Of a stretch of DNA of 64,000 nucleotides, positions 28,979 through 39,148 are shown piece after piece. Location: NCBI GenBank assembly GCA_036012755.1, contig DASCPX010000091.1, positions 1 through 64,000 of the forward strand. Direction: 5' to 3'. A model generated the notes under the pieces. That model made no database searches, was not told the DNA's origin, and worked only from the letters and a program-made list of their open reading frames with translations. Source of the stretch: Myxococcota bacterium. Lineage in GTDB: Bacteria; Myxococcota_A; UBA796; CAJQPC01. A program made the translations under genes and the position numbers. Position 1 is the first letter of the stretch. Every line of letters begins with the position of its first letter.

Positions 28979-29661
28979 AGGCCCCTCAGGAACTGCGCGA
29001 GCAAGACCTCGTTGGCCTCGCGCAGCCGAGGCGCCGCCTGCTTCATCGCCTCGGGGCCCGGAGTGCCCTCGATCCGGGCGAGCATGGCCCGGTTGTCGGG
29101 CACGTCGAGCCAGGCGGCGACGCTGACGGGTTCCGCCTCGGGGTGGAAGACGCAGCCGAGCGCGGCGTCCCCGAAGCGGGCCGCGGTCGTGTCGCCCTCC
29201 TTGCCTCTGGCGAGGACGCGCATGTCACCCCCCCAGACGCCGTAGCCGCGCATCTCGAAGACCTCGCTGCTCGCCGCGGGACCCAGCCAGGGATCGAGCA
29301 GTCCGTCGCTGGTTGGTCTCAGCGGGAAGACGCCCATGCGCTTGGTCCGCAGCCGCTCGACCCGGGCCCCGAGCTCCGAGGAGAGGACCTGGAAGCTGTA
29401 GCAGATCGCCAACAGCGGAAGCTCCCCCAGGATGGCGCTCCGCAACGCGCGACGGAAGGGCGCTTGCCAGGCTCCGGACTCATGAGGGCTCCCGGGGCCT
29501 CCGGTGGAGACGAGGGCCTCGATGTTCCCCGGGATCGGATCGCCCCGTCGGACGTCGACGACGGCCGCGCGGTGGCCAGCCTGCGCGATGGCGGCGACGA
29601 TCGCAGCCACCCCGCTGTTGGGTCGCCCGGCGTTCAGGTCGAGGAGGGTGACGACGGCCAC
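28975..29661 (-). CDS. type 1 glutamine amidotransferase (GMP synthase-like)
   Basis: GGPGSP, AICYSFQ catalytic Cys, FHPE His-Glu. Confidence 0.8.
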   Translation of the reverse strand: MAVVTLLDLNAGRPNSGVAAIVAAIAQAGHRAAVVDVRRGDPIPGNIEALVSTGGPGSPHESGAWQAPFRRALRSAILGELPLLAICYSFQVLSSELGARVERLRTKRMGVFPLRPTSDGLLDPWLGPAASSEVFEMRGYGVWGGDMRVLARGKEGDTTAARFGDAALGCVFHPEAEPVSVAAWLDVPDNRAMLARIEGTPGPEAMKQAAPRLREANEVLLAQFLRGL

Positions 29662-29738
29662 GACTGGCGACTAACTTGATCCACCTGCTGAATGTTTCGT
29701 CGGAGGCTTCGTCAAGGGGTGCATCGACGGAGGACAAC

Positions 29739-30173
29739 ATGCGTTCACTTCTTCCCCTCGCCATCGGCTTCATCTCCCTGACCACCGGCTGTGTCGTCTA
29801 CACGGATGACAACCACGACCCCGAGCCCCAGCCCTACGTCAACTACGAGCCGGAGATCGTCTGGGCGGAGAGCGGCTGCTACTGGGACGACTACAACCAC
29901 GACTTCGTGTGGTGGTTCGACACAGAGGTCTTCGACGACAACGGTCGCAACGACATCGTGGCCGTCTACGCCGACGTCTACGGCCCCCAGGGCAACGTCA
30001 TCGACTCCTTCGAGCTCTACAACGAGACCCCCAACCCCGACGAGTGGTTCTCCGACTGGCTCCAGTGGTCGACCTACCTCGACTGCTACTACGGCGGCTA
30101 CGAGGTCGACTTCGTCGCCTACGACGTCCATGACGCGGTCGACGTGTACACGGTGTACCCAGCGACCTACTGA
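29739..30173 (+). CDS. hypothetical acidic lipoprotein
   Basis: GGAGG RBS; MRSLLPLAIGFISLTTGC; Tyr/Asp-rich Ig-like domain. Confidence 0.75.
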   Translation: MRSLLPLAIGFISLTTGCVVYTDDNHDPEPQPYVNYEPEIVWAESGCYWDDYNHDFVWWFDTEVFDDNGRNDIVAVYADVYGPQGNVIDSFELYNETPNPDEWFSDWLQWSTYLDCYYGGYEVDFVAYDVHDAVDVYTVYPATY

Positions 30174-30193
30174 TCGGCGGTAAGCTGGGTGGC

Positions 30194-31837
30194 GTGAGCT
30201 ACCCGCGGAACTTCGGGCCCTACCTGCTGCTGGAGCGCATCGGCGCCGGGGGCATGAGTGAGGTCGACCTCGCCCGGCGAAGTGTCGCCGAGGGGTCCTA
30301 CGTGCGCTTCGTCGTCATCAAGCGCGTGGCGACGAAGAACGCCAAGGACGCCAGCTTCCTGCGCATGTTCAAGGACGAGGCGCGCATCAACTCGCGCCTG
30401 CACCACCAGAACATCGCTCAGGTCTACGACTTCGGGCTCAACGAGGGCGAGTTCTTCCTGGCGATGGAGTACGTGCCCGGCATGGACCTGCGCGACGTCC
30501 AGAAGGCCCTGGCGCGTCGCGGCAAGATGATCCCCTTCAAGGTCTCGTTGACCATCATCTGCCAGGTCCTCAGCGCACTCCACTACGCCCACGAAGCCCG
30601 GGACGAGGAGGGCCGGTCCCTCCGGGTCGTCCACCGGGACGTGAACCCGCGCAACGTGATGGTCTCGACCAGCGGCGAGGTGAAGCTCATCGACTTCGGC
30701 GTCGCGATGGCGGAGGGGCGCCTCGAGAGCACGCAGGGCCACAGCCTCAAGGGCAAGTTCGCCTACATGGCGCCGGAGCAGATCGAGGGTGTCCACCGCG
30801 TCGACAAGCGGGCAGACCTCTTCGCCTGCGGGCTGATGCTGCACGAGCTCGCAGAGGGCGTCCACCCCTTCGCCGGGCTGCAGGAGGTGCAGATCATGCA
30901 CAAGCTCCTCGCGGCTCAGATCCCCCCGATCGCGCGAAGCCCGGCCCGCATCGACCCCCACCGCCTCGCTGTCGTCCACAAACGAGCGCTGGCCCGTGAC
31001 CGGAACCATCGCTACTCGGAAGCCGACGACTTCCGCCGCGATCTCGAGGAGCTGGCCCGGCCGCTGGGTGGGCTGTGCACCCGCGAGCAGATGAGGGAGT
31101 TCCTGGAGCGGGTCGACGCGGACGGCGTACGGGGCATCGCCGCGCGCCTGTCGCGCTACAAGAGCGGCGAGCTCGGACTCGAGCCACCCCCTGCGCCGCT
31201 GCCCACCGAGCCGGAGCTCACGGACGGGACCCTGGCGCGGTCCGGGTCCGGTCCGGTGCCAACGCGACGGCAGGTCACGGTGGCTGCGGCGACGGGTGTC
31301 GGCATAGGCCTCTTCATCGCCCTGGGCTTCATCGTTGCCCTCTTCGCGGTGGCAGCTGGCGCCTGGGTCATCTGGGATCCGGCCACGAAACCGGCGCCGG
31401 TGGCTGCAGAGGTCGAGGAGCTCGCCCCCCCCGAACCCAGCGCGCTCGAGCGGGCTCTCGAGGAAGAGGAGGAGGAGGCCCCGGCCATCGTGGTGCCGGA
31501 GCCGGCCGCGCCCGTGCAGCGGCACCCGCGCACGGTCGAGACCCGCGCCCCGGTGGAGCCTGTCGAGGAGCCCGTCGAGGACCCGGTCATCCCGGATCCC
31601 GTCACCCCCGCCGAGCCCATCGGAGAGCCAGGATTCCTCTACGTAGAAGCGGACGTCGAGGGCCTGGAGGTGCTCATCAACGGCATCGTCGTCGGAACGA
31701 CCCCGATGGCCCATCAGCGGGTCAGCAGCGGGAGACGCAAGGTCGTCGTGCGAGACCCTGTCACCGGGACCAGCCGGCCCTACACCGTCGAGATCGAGGC
31801 CGGGCTGTCAGAGAAGCTGCTCATCCGCTGGGAGTAG
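30194..31837 (+). CDS. Ser/Thr protein kinase with TM helix and C-terminal PEGA domain
   Basis: IGAGGMSEV, VIK, HRDVNPRN, DFG, YMAPE; TM; Pro-rich linker; VLINGIVVGTTP. Confidence 0.92.
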   Translation: MSYPRNFGPYLLLERIGAGGMSEVDLARRSVAEGSYVRFVVIKRVATKNAKDASFLRMFKDEARINSRLHHQNIAQVYDFGLNEGEFFLAMEYVPGMDLRDVQKALARRGKMIPFKVSLTIICQVLSALHYAHEARDEEGRSLRVVHRDVNPRNVMVSTSGEVKLIDFGVAMAEGRLESTQGHSLKGKFAYMAPEQIEGVHRVDKRADLFACGLMLHELAEGVHPFAGLQEVQIMHKLLAAQIPPIARSPARIDPHRLAVVHKRALARDRNHRYSEADDFRRDLEELARPLGGLCTREQMREFLERVDADGVRGIAARLSRYKSGELGLEPPPAPLPTEPELTDGTLARSGSGPVPTRRQVTVAAATGVGIGLFIALGFIVALFAVAAGAWVIWDPATKPAPVAAEVEELAPPEPSALERALEEEEEEAPAIVVPEPAAPVQRHPRTVETRAPVEPVEEPVEDPVIPDPVTPAEPIGEPGFLYVEADVEGLEVLINGIVVGTTPMAHQRVSSGRRKVVVRDPVTGTSRPYTVEIEAGLSEKLLIRWE

Positions 31838-31942
31838 CAGCCCGTGATACAACGAGGGCCCCTACACCCCGAGGCCCCGGACCCAGGATGAGCACGCGCA
31901 TCGCGAAGCCCCTGTCGTCGTGGCGCTCGACTGGAGTCTTTC

Positions 31943-33460
31943 GTGTCATCCGAGATCATCGTCAACAAGACGGGCCGGGAAGTCCGGGTCGCGCTCTTGG
32001 AGAACGGCCAGCTCACTGAGTTCCACATCGATCGCGGGCGCTCCCGCGGCTACGTCGGGAACGTCTACAAGGGAAGGGTGGTCCGCGTCCTGCCCGGAAT
32101 GCAGGCGGCCTTCGTCGACGTCGGCTTGGAGCGGGCCGCCTTCCTCTACGTAGGTGACATCTACAAGGAGTCCCTCGATCTCCCGAACCGGGAGCCGAAG
32201 AGCGCCGACCAGACCGTCGTCGAGGAGACGCCGCGGGCCCATCCCCGCTCGGGGCAGCCGGCCATCCAGGATCTCCTCAAGGAAGGCCAGGAGATCGTGG
32301 TCCAGGTCGCAAAGGACCCCATCGGGACCAAGGGCGCCCGCCTCACGACACACGTCACGCTGCCGGGTCGCTACATCGTCTACATGCCGACCGTCGAGCA
32401 CGTCGGCATCAGCCGCCGCATCGAGAAGGACAAGGAGCGGCGCCGCCTCCGGGACTTCGTCAACAAGCATCGCCCGAAGGGCGCGGGCTTCATCGTGCGT
32501 ACGGTCTGCGCCAACCAGCCCAACCATGTCCTCAAGCAGGACATGGACTACCTGCTCCGGACCTGGGAGAAGGTCCAGAAGGCCGCCACGGAGAAGAAGG
32601 CGCCGGCGCCGCTGCACATCGACTACGGCCTCGCCGTCCGCTTCCTCCGCGACAACCTGCGCGACGACGTGCAGCGCATCGTCGTCGACAGCCGGGACAT
32701 CTACGACGAGCTGGCCGGGTTCATGTCGAACTTCATGCCCGACTTCAACGAGCGGGTGCACGTCTACCGCGGAAAGGAGCCCGTCTTCGACGTCTACGGC
32801 GTCGAGACCGAGGTCAACCGCAGCCTCGGCCGCAAGGTCTGGCTCAAGAGCGGTGGCTACCTCGTCATCGACCAGACGGAGGCGCTCACCGCCATCGACA
32901 TCAACTCCGGCAAGTACGTCGGCAAGTCCTCGCTCGAAGAGACGACGACCAAGATCAACATGGAGGCGATCAAGGAGATCGTCCACCAGCTGCGCCTGCG
33001 GAACATCGGCGGCATCGTCGTCATCGACTTCATCGACATGGAGAAGGAGGCCAACCGCGACAAGGTCTTCAACGCGCTCGAGGAGGAAGCGAGGCGGGAC
33101 AAGGCGCGCACGAACGTCCTGAAGATCAGCGAGCTCGGCTTGGTGGAGATGACCCGAAAGCGCGTGCAAGAGGACCTCATCCGCTTCCTGACAGAGGACT
33201 GCTTCTATTGCGAGGGCAACGGTCACCTCCGAGCCCGGGAGACCCTCTGCTTCGACATCTTCCGCGAGGCCCTGCGCGAGGCGGCTCGGTCCGGTCAGCG
33301 CGAGACCATCTTCGTGAACACGCACCCGCTGGTCGCCGACATGCTCTACGGCGAGGAGTTCGAGAGCCTCGACGCGTTCGAGCGTCGGATCGAGAAGCGG
33401 ATCGTGGTCCGCGCGATGGGCCACTTCCACCTCGAACGCTACGAGGTCTACTCCCGTTGA
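31943..33460 (+). CDS. rng: Rne/Rng family ribonuclease (RNase G)
   Basis: GNVYKGRV, PGMQAAFVD, KDPIGTKGARLT, LKSGGYLVIDQTEALTAIDINSG, GGIVVIDFIDM, CFYCEG. Confidence 0.93.
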   Translation: MSSEIIVNKTGREVRVALLENGQLTEFHIDRGRSRGYVGNVYKGRVVRVLPGMQAAFVDVGLERAAFLYVGDIYKESLDLPNREPKSADQTVVEETPRAHPRSGQPAIQDLLKEGQEIVVQVAKDPIGTKGARLTTHVTLPGRYIVYMPTVEHVGISRRIEKDKERRRLRDFVNKHRPKGAGFIVRTVCANQPNHVLKQDMDYLLRTWEKVQKAATEKKAPAPLHIDYGLAVRFLRDNLRDDVQRIVVDSRDIYDELAGFMSNFMPDFNERVHVYRGKEPVFDVYGVETEVNRSLGRKVWLKSGGYLVIDQTEALTAIDINSGKYVGKSSLEETTTKINMEAIKEIVHQLRLRNIGGIVVIDFIDMEKEANRDKVFNALEEEARRDKARTNVLKISELGLVEMTRKRVQEDLIRFLTEDCFYCEGNGHLRARETLCFDIFREALREAARSGQRETIFVNTHPLVADMLYGEEFESLDAFERRIEKRIVVRAMGHFHLERYEVYSR

Positions 33461-33483
33461 GCTCTGGCGCGTAGGATTGGGGG

Positions 33484-34212
33484 GTGGTGTCCAACTTCTT
33501 CCAGAGCTTGCGGAATGCCTTCCTCGCGGGGCTGGCCGTCCTGATCCCGGCTGGGGTCACGCTGTGGGCCCTGGTCACGGTCACGAGCGTCGTGGACTCG
33601 GTGCTCGACGTGCTGCCTCCCGCCGTGCATCCAGAGGTCGTCCTCGGGCGCTACCTCGACATGCCGGACGGCGTGTTCCCACTGCCGGGGCTGGGCATCT
33701 CCGTCGCGCTGATCATCGTGCTCAGCGTCGGCACGGCCACGCGCTTCTACGCCGGGCGCAAGCTGGTCGAGTTCCTGGAGGCGATCGTCTTCCGCGTGCC
33801 GCTGCTCAGCGGCGTCTACCAGGGGCTCAAGAAGCTGGTAGACACCTTCACCGGCGAGTCGATGCGCTTTCGCCAGGTGGTGATGATCGAGTACCCACGG
33901 CGCGGCGCCTGGGCGATCGCCTTCCTCACCGGCGAGGCCGGGTACCTCGACGCCGCGCGGGACTTCGGACAGGACCAGCCCGTCAGTGTCTTCCTGCCGA
34001 CCACGCCGAACCCGACCAGCGGCTTCTACCTGGTGCTGCCTCGCCGCGACGTCAGGCGCCTGGACATCTCCGTCGAAGAGGCCTTCAAGCTCATCATGTC
34101 CGCGGGCATCGTTCAGCCCGACGAGCTGCACGAGCTGGAGACGGTCGAGGTCATTCAGCCCGCGGACGAGGAGCCCACCCTGGACACCGACGACGACGAG
34201 GCCGCCAAGTAG
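33484..34212 (+). CDS. DUF502 domain membrane protein
   Basis: FLAGL, RVPLLSGVY, EYPRRG, VFLPTTPNPTSGF, EAFKLIMSAG. Confidence 0.9.
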   Translation: MVSNFFQSLRNAFLAGLAVLIPAGVTLWALVTVTSVVDSVLDVLPPAVHPEVVLGRYLDMPDGVFPLPGLGISVALIIVLSVGTATRFYAGRKLVEFLEAIVFRVPLLSGVYQGLKKLVDTFTGESMRFRQVVMIEYPRRGAWAIAFLTGEAGYLDAARDFGQDQPVSVFLPTTPNPTSGFYLVLPRRDVRRLDISVEEAFKLIMSAGIVQPDELHELETVEVIQPADEEPTLDTDDDEAAK

Positions 34213-36366
34213 GTGGCCTACGGCTCCTCGCTCGACGGCGAGCTTCTCCGCATCGACTTCACCAGCGACGACGGGACCTTTGCCGTCGCGAGGCTGCAGA
34301 CGGAGGGCGGCGAGGTGGTCGCGATCGGTCCGCTCGCCCACCTGACCCCAGGAGCCCAGCTGCGTCTCGACGGCCGCTGGTCGGAGCACAGGAAGTACGG
34401 CAAGCGCTTCCGTGTCTTCGGCGTGCTCGTCCAGGAACCCAGGACCCTGCGTGGGCTGAGGCGGTACCTGGCCGGTGGGGCGGTCCGCGGGATCAAGAAG
34501 ACGCTCGCCGCGCGCGTGGTCGCTCGCTTCGGCCTGGACACGCTGCGCATCCTCGACGAGGAGCCCGAGGAGCTCCTGAAGGTGCCCGGTATCGGCCCCA
34601 AGACGCTGGAGCGCATCGTCGAGTCCTGGGAGCGCGACAAGGCCGGCCGGGAGCTCGCGGTGCTGCTCCAGGGTCACGGGCTCGGGGCCGGCGTCGCGCA
34701 GCGGATCCTCGATCGCTACGGCGAGCGCGCGATGAAGGTGGTCAGCGGGCAGCCCTACCGTCTCGCGGAGGAGGTCGCTGGCGTCGGCTTCCGCACCGCC
34801 GATGCAATAGCGCGCGCGGTCGGAATCGCCGTCGACGACCCCCGGCGCGCCGACGCAGCTGTGCGCTTCCTGCTCCTGGAGGCGGAGGGCGAGGGGCACT
34901 GTTTCCTCCCTCGTGGAGACCTCATCGGGCGAGCCCGGCAGCTCGAGATCGACAGGGCGGGTGTCGACGGTGCGCTGGGCCGGCTGGTGCTGGAGGGCAG
35001 AGTCGTCCAGAAGGTCTCCGCCGATCCCTCTCTGTCCGCGATCTACCGATCCGAGCTCGACGCTCGCGAGCGGAAGGTGGCCGAGGCCTTGGCTCGCCTG
35101 TTGGAGGAGCACCGGGGGCAGGGCGATGTCCGGGTGGCCCTCGCAGAGAGCCGCGTCGGACTGGAGCTCGACGACGAGCAGCGGCGCGCCGTCGCCCTGG
35201 GGCTGACTCGAGGCGTCGCGGTCATCACAGGAGGTCCCGGCACGGGCAAGACCACCATCGTGCGAGTGCTGCTGGAGGCGGCGTCGCTGGCGAAGGAGAG
35301 GTGGGCGCTCGCGGCTCCGACCGGCCGCGCCGCGCGTCGACTGGCAGAGTCCTGCGGCCGCGAGGGAAAGACCCTCCATCGCTTGCTGGAGTACTCGATG
35401 AGAAAGCAGGCCTTCCTGCGCAACGCGGGCAACCCGCTGGAGGTGGACGGCGTCCTCGTCGATGAGGCGAGCATGATGGACCTCGGCCTGACCGAGTCCC
35501 TGCTGTCAGCCCTGCCTTCCGGGGCGCGGTTGGTGCTCGTGGGCGACGCGGATCAGCTGCCGAGCGTAGGAGCCGGGCGGGTGCTCGGAGACCTCATCGC
35601 CAGCGGCGTCGTACCGGTCGCGAGCCTGAGCCAGGTCTACCGCCAGGCCGAGGACAGCGCCATCGTGCGAAACGCCTGGCGGATCCTGCGTGGACTCCCA
35701 CCCGTGAGCGCCGAGAAGAACCCGGAGACGGCGCTTCGCCAGGACTTCTTCGTCGTCAAGCGCGAGGACGCGATCCAGACGCAGGTGACGCTGGAGCGGG
35801 TCGTGGCCGAGCGGCTCCCGGCCATTGGCTTCGACCCCGTCTGCGATGTCCAGGTGCTGACGCCGATGCACAAGGGGCCCCTGGGCTCTCGGGCCCTCAA
35901 CGAGCTCCTACAGGCCCGCCTGAACCCCCACGGCAAGGAGCTCAGGCGTGGAGACAAGCGCATCCGAGAGGGCGACCGCGTCCTCCAGGTCCGAAACGAC
36001 TACGACAACGACATCTTCAACGGCGACGTGGGCCGAGTGACCGGGGTCGAGGGCGAGGCCCTGACCATCGACTTCGACGGACGCGAGGTCGTGCTCGTCG
36101 GCGAGCAGCTGGACCAGATCGAGCTCGCCTACGCCATCAGCATCCACAAGAGCCAGGGCAGCGAGTACCGCGCGGTGGTCGTGGTGCTCTCCACCGGCCA
36201 CCACGTGATGTTGCGGCGGAACCTCATCTACACAGCCGTCACGCGCGCGCGGGAGTTCTGCAGCATCGTGGGCAGCCCGCGCGCCATCGGCACGGCCGTG
36301 CGGCGCTCCGGCGGTGACCGTCGCTTCACGGGGCTGGCAGACCGGCTCGCGTTATCAGCGCGCTGA
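34213..36366 (+). CDS. recD2: ATP-dependent RecD-like DNA helicase
   Basis: HhH VPGIGPK, TGGPGTGKTT, APTGRAA, VDEASM, VGDADQLPSVG, YAISIHKSQGSEY, YTAVTRA. Confidence 0.95.
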   Translation: MAYGSSLDGELLRIDFTSDDGTFAVARLQTEGGEVVAIGPLAHLTPGAQLRLDGRWSEHRKYGKRFRVFGVLVQEPRTLRGLRRYLAGGAVRGIKKTLAARVVARFGLDTLRILDEEPEELLKVPGIGPKTLERIVESWERDKAGRELAVLLQGHGLGAGVAQRILDRYGERAMKVVSGQPYRLAEEVAGVGFRTADAIARAVGIAVDDPRRADAAVRFLLLEAEGEGHCFLPRGDLIGRARQLEIDRAGVDGALGRLVLEGRVVQKVSADPSLSAIYRSELDARERKVAEALARLLEEHRGQGDVRVALAESRVGLELDDEQRRAVALGLTRGVAVITGGPGTGKTTIVRVLLEAASLAKERWALAAPTGRAARRLAESCGREGKTLHRLLEYSMRKQAFLRNAGNPLEVDGVLVDEASMMDLGLTESLLSALPSGARLVLVGDADQLPSVGAGRVLGDLIASGVVPVASLSQVYRQAEDSAIVRNAWRILRGLPPVSAEKNPETALRQDFFVVKREDAIQTQVTLERVVAERLPAIGFDPVCDVQVLTPMHKGPLGSRALNELLQARLNPHGKELRRGDKRIREGDRVLQVRNDYDNDIFNGDVGRVTGVEGEALTIDFDGREVVLVGEQLDQIELAYAISIHKSQGSEYRAVVVVLSTGHHVMLRRNLIYTAVTRAREFCSIVGSPRAIGTAVRRSGGDRRFTGLADRLALSAR

Positions 36367-37520
36367 TGGCGCGAATCCACACCTTCGACGGGGAGCTCGC
36401 GGGCTTGATCGACATCAAGTCGCTCAGCCTCGACGAGCTGACCGAGCTGCTCCTGCAACAGGGCCACCCGAGGTTCCGGGGCAAGCAGGTCTACAAGTGG
36501 GTCTGGCAGAAGGGCATCCGCGACTTCATGGAGATGTCGAACGTCTCCAAGGCGGCCCGCGCCCAGCTCGCCGAGGTCTTCCACATCGACTTCCTCGACA
36601 GCGAGCTGCAACTGGAGAGCGAGGACGGCACCAGGAAGTTCGTCTGGAAGCTGCGGGACGGTCACCACATCGAGTCGGTCCTGATCCCGGACCCCGGCAT
36701 CGAGGGTCACAGCAAGCCTCGGATGACGCTCTGCATGTCCTCTCAGGTGGGCTGCGCGATGGCCTGCTCGTTCTGCCTGACCGGGGACCTGGGCCTGGTG
36801 CGGAACCTGCGGCCGAGCGAGATCCTCAACCAGGCGCTCCAGGTCCAGCAGGCGCTCCCAGAGGGTCAGCGCCTCACGAACCTCGTGTTCATGGGCATGG
36901 GCGAGCCCCTCCACAACCTCACGAACCTCTTGAAGAGCCTGCGCGTGCTGCTCGACGACGAGGCGCTGAACTTCAGCCACCGCAAGATCACCGTCTCGAC
37001 GGTCGGGCTCGTGCCCCAGATGCAGAAGCTCGCCGCGGAGACTCCGGTCAACCTCGCGGTCAGCCTCAACGCCACCACGGACCAGCGACGGCTGGAGGTC
37101 ATGCCCATCACGCGGCGCTATGGCCTCGAGACGCTCATGGAGGGCTGCCGTGACTTCCCGCTGCCCCACGCCAAGCGAATCACCTTCGAGTACGTGATGA
37201 TGCACGGCTTCAACGACAGCTGGGACGACGCCGCTCGGCTCGTGCAGCTGATGCGGGGGGTGAAGTCCAAGGTGAACCTCATCGCCTACAACGAGAACCC
37301 CGAGCGCCAGATCCTGCGGCCGCCAGAGGACCACGTGAAGGCATTCCAGCACTACCTGGTCAGCCGCGGAATCCAGTGCTCGATCCGCTCGACGCGCGGA
37401 GTCGACATCTCAGCAGCCTGCGGCCAGCTCGGCAGGGCCACCGATGGCATGCGGATCGAGGAGGCCGGCGTCGCCGGGCCGACGATCTCGCTCGACCCTC
37501 CTTTTTGTAGCGACACGTGA
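36366..37520 (+). CDS. rlmN: 23S rRNA (adenine(2503)-C2)-methyltransferase
   Basis: SSQVGCAMACSFC radical SAM motif, MGMGEP, ITFEY, DISAACGQL. Confidence 0.96.
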   Translation: MARIHTFDGELAGLIDIKSLSLDELTELLLQQGHPRFRGKQVYKWVWQKGIRDFMEMSNVSKAARAQLAEVFHIDFLDSELQLESEDGTRKFVWKLRDGHHIESVLIPDPGIEGHSKPRMTLCMSSQVGCAMACSFCLTGDLGLVRNLRPSEILNQALQVQQALPEGQRLTNLVFMGMGEPLHNLTNLLKSLRVLLDDEALNFSHRKITVSTVGLVPQMQKLAAETPVNLAVSLNATTDQRRLEVMPITRRYGLETLMEGCRDFPLPHAKRITFEYVMMHGFNDSWDDAARLVQLMRGVKSKVNLIAYNENPERQILRPPEDHVKAFQHYLVSRGIQCSIRSTRGVDISAACGQLGRATDGMRIEEAGVAGPTISLDPPFCSDT

Positions 37521-37528
37521 TTCAATGG

Positions 37529-37547
37529 AACTCTTGACGGAGCAAGA
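37529..37547 (+). promoter_or_regulatory. palindromic motif TCTTG-N6-CAAGA (copy 2), overlapping the mtnP RBS
   Basis: AACTCTTGACGGAGCAAGA ending 5 nt before ATG 37553. Confidence 0.45.
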
Positions 37548-37552
37548 CCTGC

Positions 37553-38410
37553 ATGCGCATCGGAGTCATCGGCGGAAGCGGCCTCTACGAGATCGACGGT
37601 CTCACCAACATTCGCGAACAGCGGCTCGAGACCCCCTTCGGGAGCCCCTCTGACGCCTTCATCCTCGGCGAGCTCTGCGGCGTCGAGATGGCCTTCCTCC
37701 CCCGCCACGGACGTGGCCATGTGCACAACCCGAGCGAGGTCCCATACCGGGCGAACGTCTGGGGCATGAAGAAGCTGGGCGTGGGCTGGATCGTCAGCGT
37801 CAGCGCTGTCGGCAGCCTGCAGCACGAGGTCGCGCCAGGCGACATGGTCGTCATCGACCAGTTCATCGATCGCACGAAGTCGAGCCGCCCCGTGACCTTC
37901 TTCGAGAAGGGCATCGTCGGCCACGTCGGCTTCGCGGATCCCGTCTGCGGCGCCCTCCGGAGCATGATCCTCTCGGCCTGCGAGGAGGTCGGCGCCACCA
38001 CTCACGACGGCGGGACCTATGTCTGCATGGAGGGTCCGCAGTTCTCCACCCGCGCGGAGTCCGAGCTCTACCGGAGCTGGGGTGCGCGGGTCATCGGCAT
38101 GACCAACCTCACGGAGGCCAAACTGGCGCGCGAGGCGGAGATCTCCTACGCGACCCTGGCGATGAGCACCGACTACGACTGCTGGCACCCGCACCACGAC
38201 GACGTCACCGTCGAGGACATCATCCGCGTGCTGATGGCCAACGTGGCCACCGCCAAGGCCGTGATCGAGGCCGTCGCGCCGAAGATCGCTGCCTTCGACG
38301 GTCCGCCCCCCGCGAGCGGCTGCATGGCGAACGCCATCATGACCGACCGGGCTCGGATCCCACCCGAGACTCGCGCCGCCGTCGAGATCCTCGTCGGCAA
38401 GTACCTCTGA
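37553..38410 (+). CDS. mtnP: S-methyl-5'-thioadenosine phosphorylase
   Basis: IGVIGGSG, PRHGRGH, YRAN, EGPQFSTRAES, GMT, TDYDCW. Confidence 0.95.
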   Translation: MRIGVIGGSGLYEIDGLTNIREQRLETPFGSPSDAFILGELCGVEMAFLPRHGRGHVHNPSEVPYRANVWGMKKLGVGWIVSVSAVGSLQHEVAPGDMVVIDQFIDRTKSSRPVTFFEKGIVGHVGFADPVCGALRSMILSACEEVGATTHDGGTYVCMEGPQFSTRAESELYRSWGARVIGMTNLTEAKLAREAEISYATLAMSTDYDCWHPHHDDVTVEDIIRVLMANVATAKAVIEAVAPKIAAFDGPPPASGCMANAIMTDRARIPPETRAAVEILVGKYL

Positions 38411-38420
38411 GGAGTCCCTG

Positions 38421-39146
38421 ATGCTTCTGCTCATCCTCGCCCTGACCAGCTGCGTGACCCCGAAGAAGGTCGTGCTCGCCGAAGCCAAGTACGATCTCGC
38501 GGCGGTGTTCATGTCAGAGGACAACCCGCAGATGGCCATCACGACGCTGCGCGAGGCCGTGAAGCTCAACCGCCGCGACCCGGAGCTCTACAACGCCCTG
38601 GCCATGGCCTACATTCAGCGCGGCGCCCACGACGAGGCGGAGAAGACCTTCAAGAAGGGGCTCCGCAAGGACCGGGACAACGCCGGCCTCAACCTCAACT
38701 ACGCCTACCTCCTGACGAACCTCGGCCGTGACGAAGAGGCCATCGAGCGCCTGGAGGTGGCGCGCGAGGACCTCACCTACGGGGAGCCATCGAAGGTCCT
38801 GAACAACCTCGGGTGGAGTTACCTGCAGGTCGGGCGGACGGCCGAGGCGGTCGCTCACCTCGAGGAGGCGGTGCGCAGACAACCGAACTGGTGCGGCGCC
38901 CGCTACAACCTGGGCGTGGCCTACGCAGCGTCCGGCGAGACGGCCAAGGCGGCCGAGGCCTTCGAGGTCGTGGTGCAGACCTGCCCTGACGAGTTCCCGG
39001 AGGCGTTGCTCCACGCCGGTGGACTCTACTGCGACATGGGCCGGATCGAGCGAGGGGTCGCCTACCTGAACGAGGTCGTCGCCCGCTGGCCGGGCACGCC
39101 GGAGGCGACCTCGGCGAAGGAGCGTCTCGAGAAGGAGTCGCTCTAG
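38421..39146 (+). CDS. TPR lipoprotein, type IV pilus secretin pilotin Tgl/PilF/PilW-like
   Basis: LTSC lipobox, tandem TPRs, DLTYGEP..VLNNLGW; conserved position after rlmN and before rodZ. Confidence 0.75.
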   Translation: MLLLILALTSCVTPKKVVLAEAKYDLAAVFMSEDNPQMAITTLREAVKLNRRDPELYNALAMAYIQRGAHDEAEKTFKKGLRKDRDNAGLNLNYAYLLTNLGRDEEAIERLEVAREDLTYGEPSKVLNNLGWSYLQVGRTAEAVAHLEEAVRRQPNWCGARYNLGVAYAASGETAKAAEAFEVVVQTCPDEFPEALLHAGGLYCDMGRIERGVAYLNEVVARWPGTPEATSAKERLEKESL

Positions 39147-39148
39147 CT

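Noticed and set aside
29689..29715. ECF-sigma-like TGAAT-N16-CGTCAA upstream of the 29739 lipoprotein
   Set aside because: The -35 lacks the AAC core; too weak to call without a known ECF group
30631..30657. Kinase catalytic loop HRDVNPRN lacking the usual Lys
   Set aside because: HRDV(S/N)PxN variants are common in myxobacterial kinases; not evidence of a pseudokinase
37511..37524. parS-like CACGTGA core
   Set aside because: Only about 10/16 matches to TGTTTCACGTGAAACA; the left arm is absent
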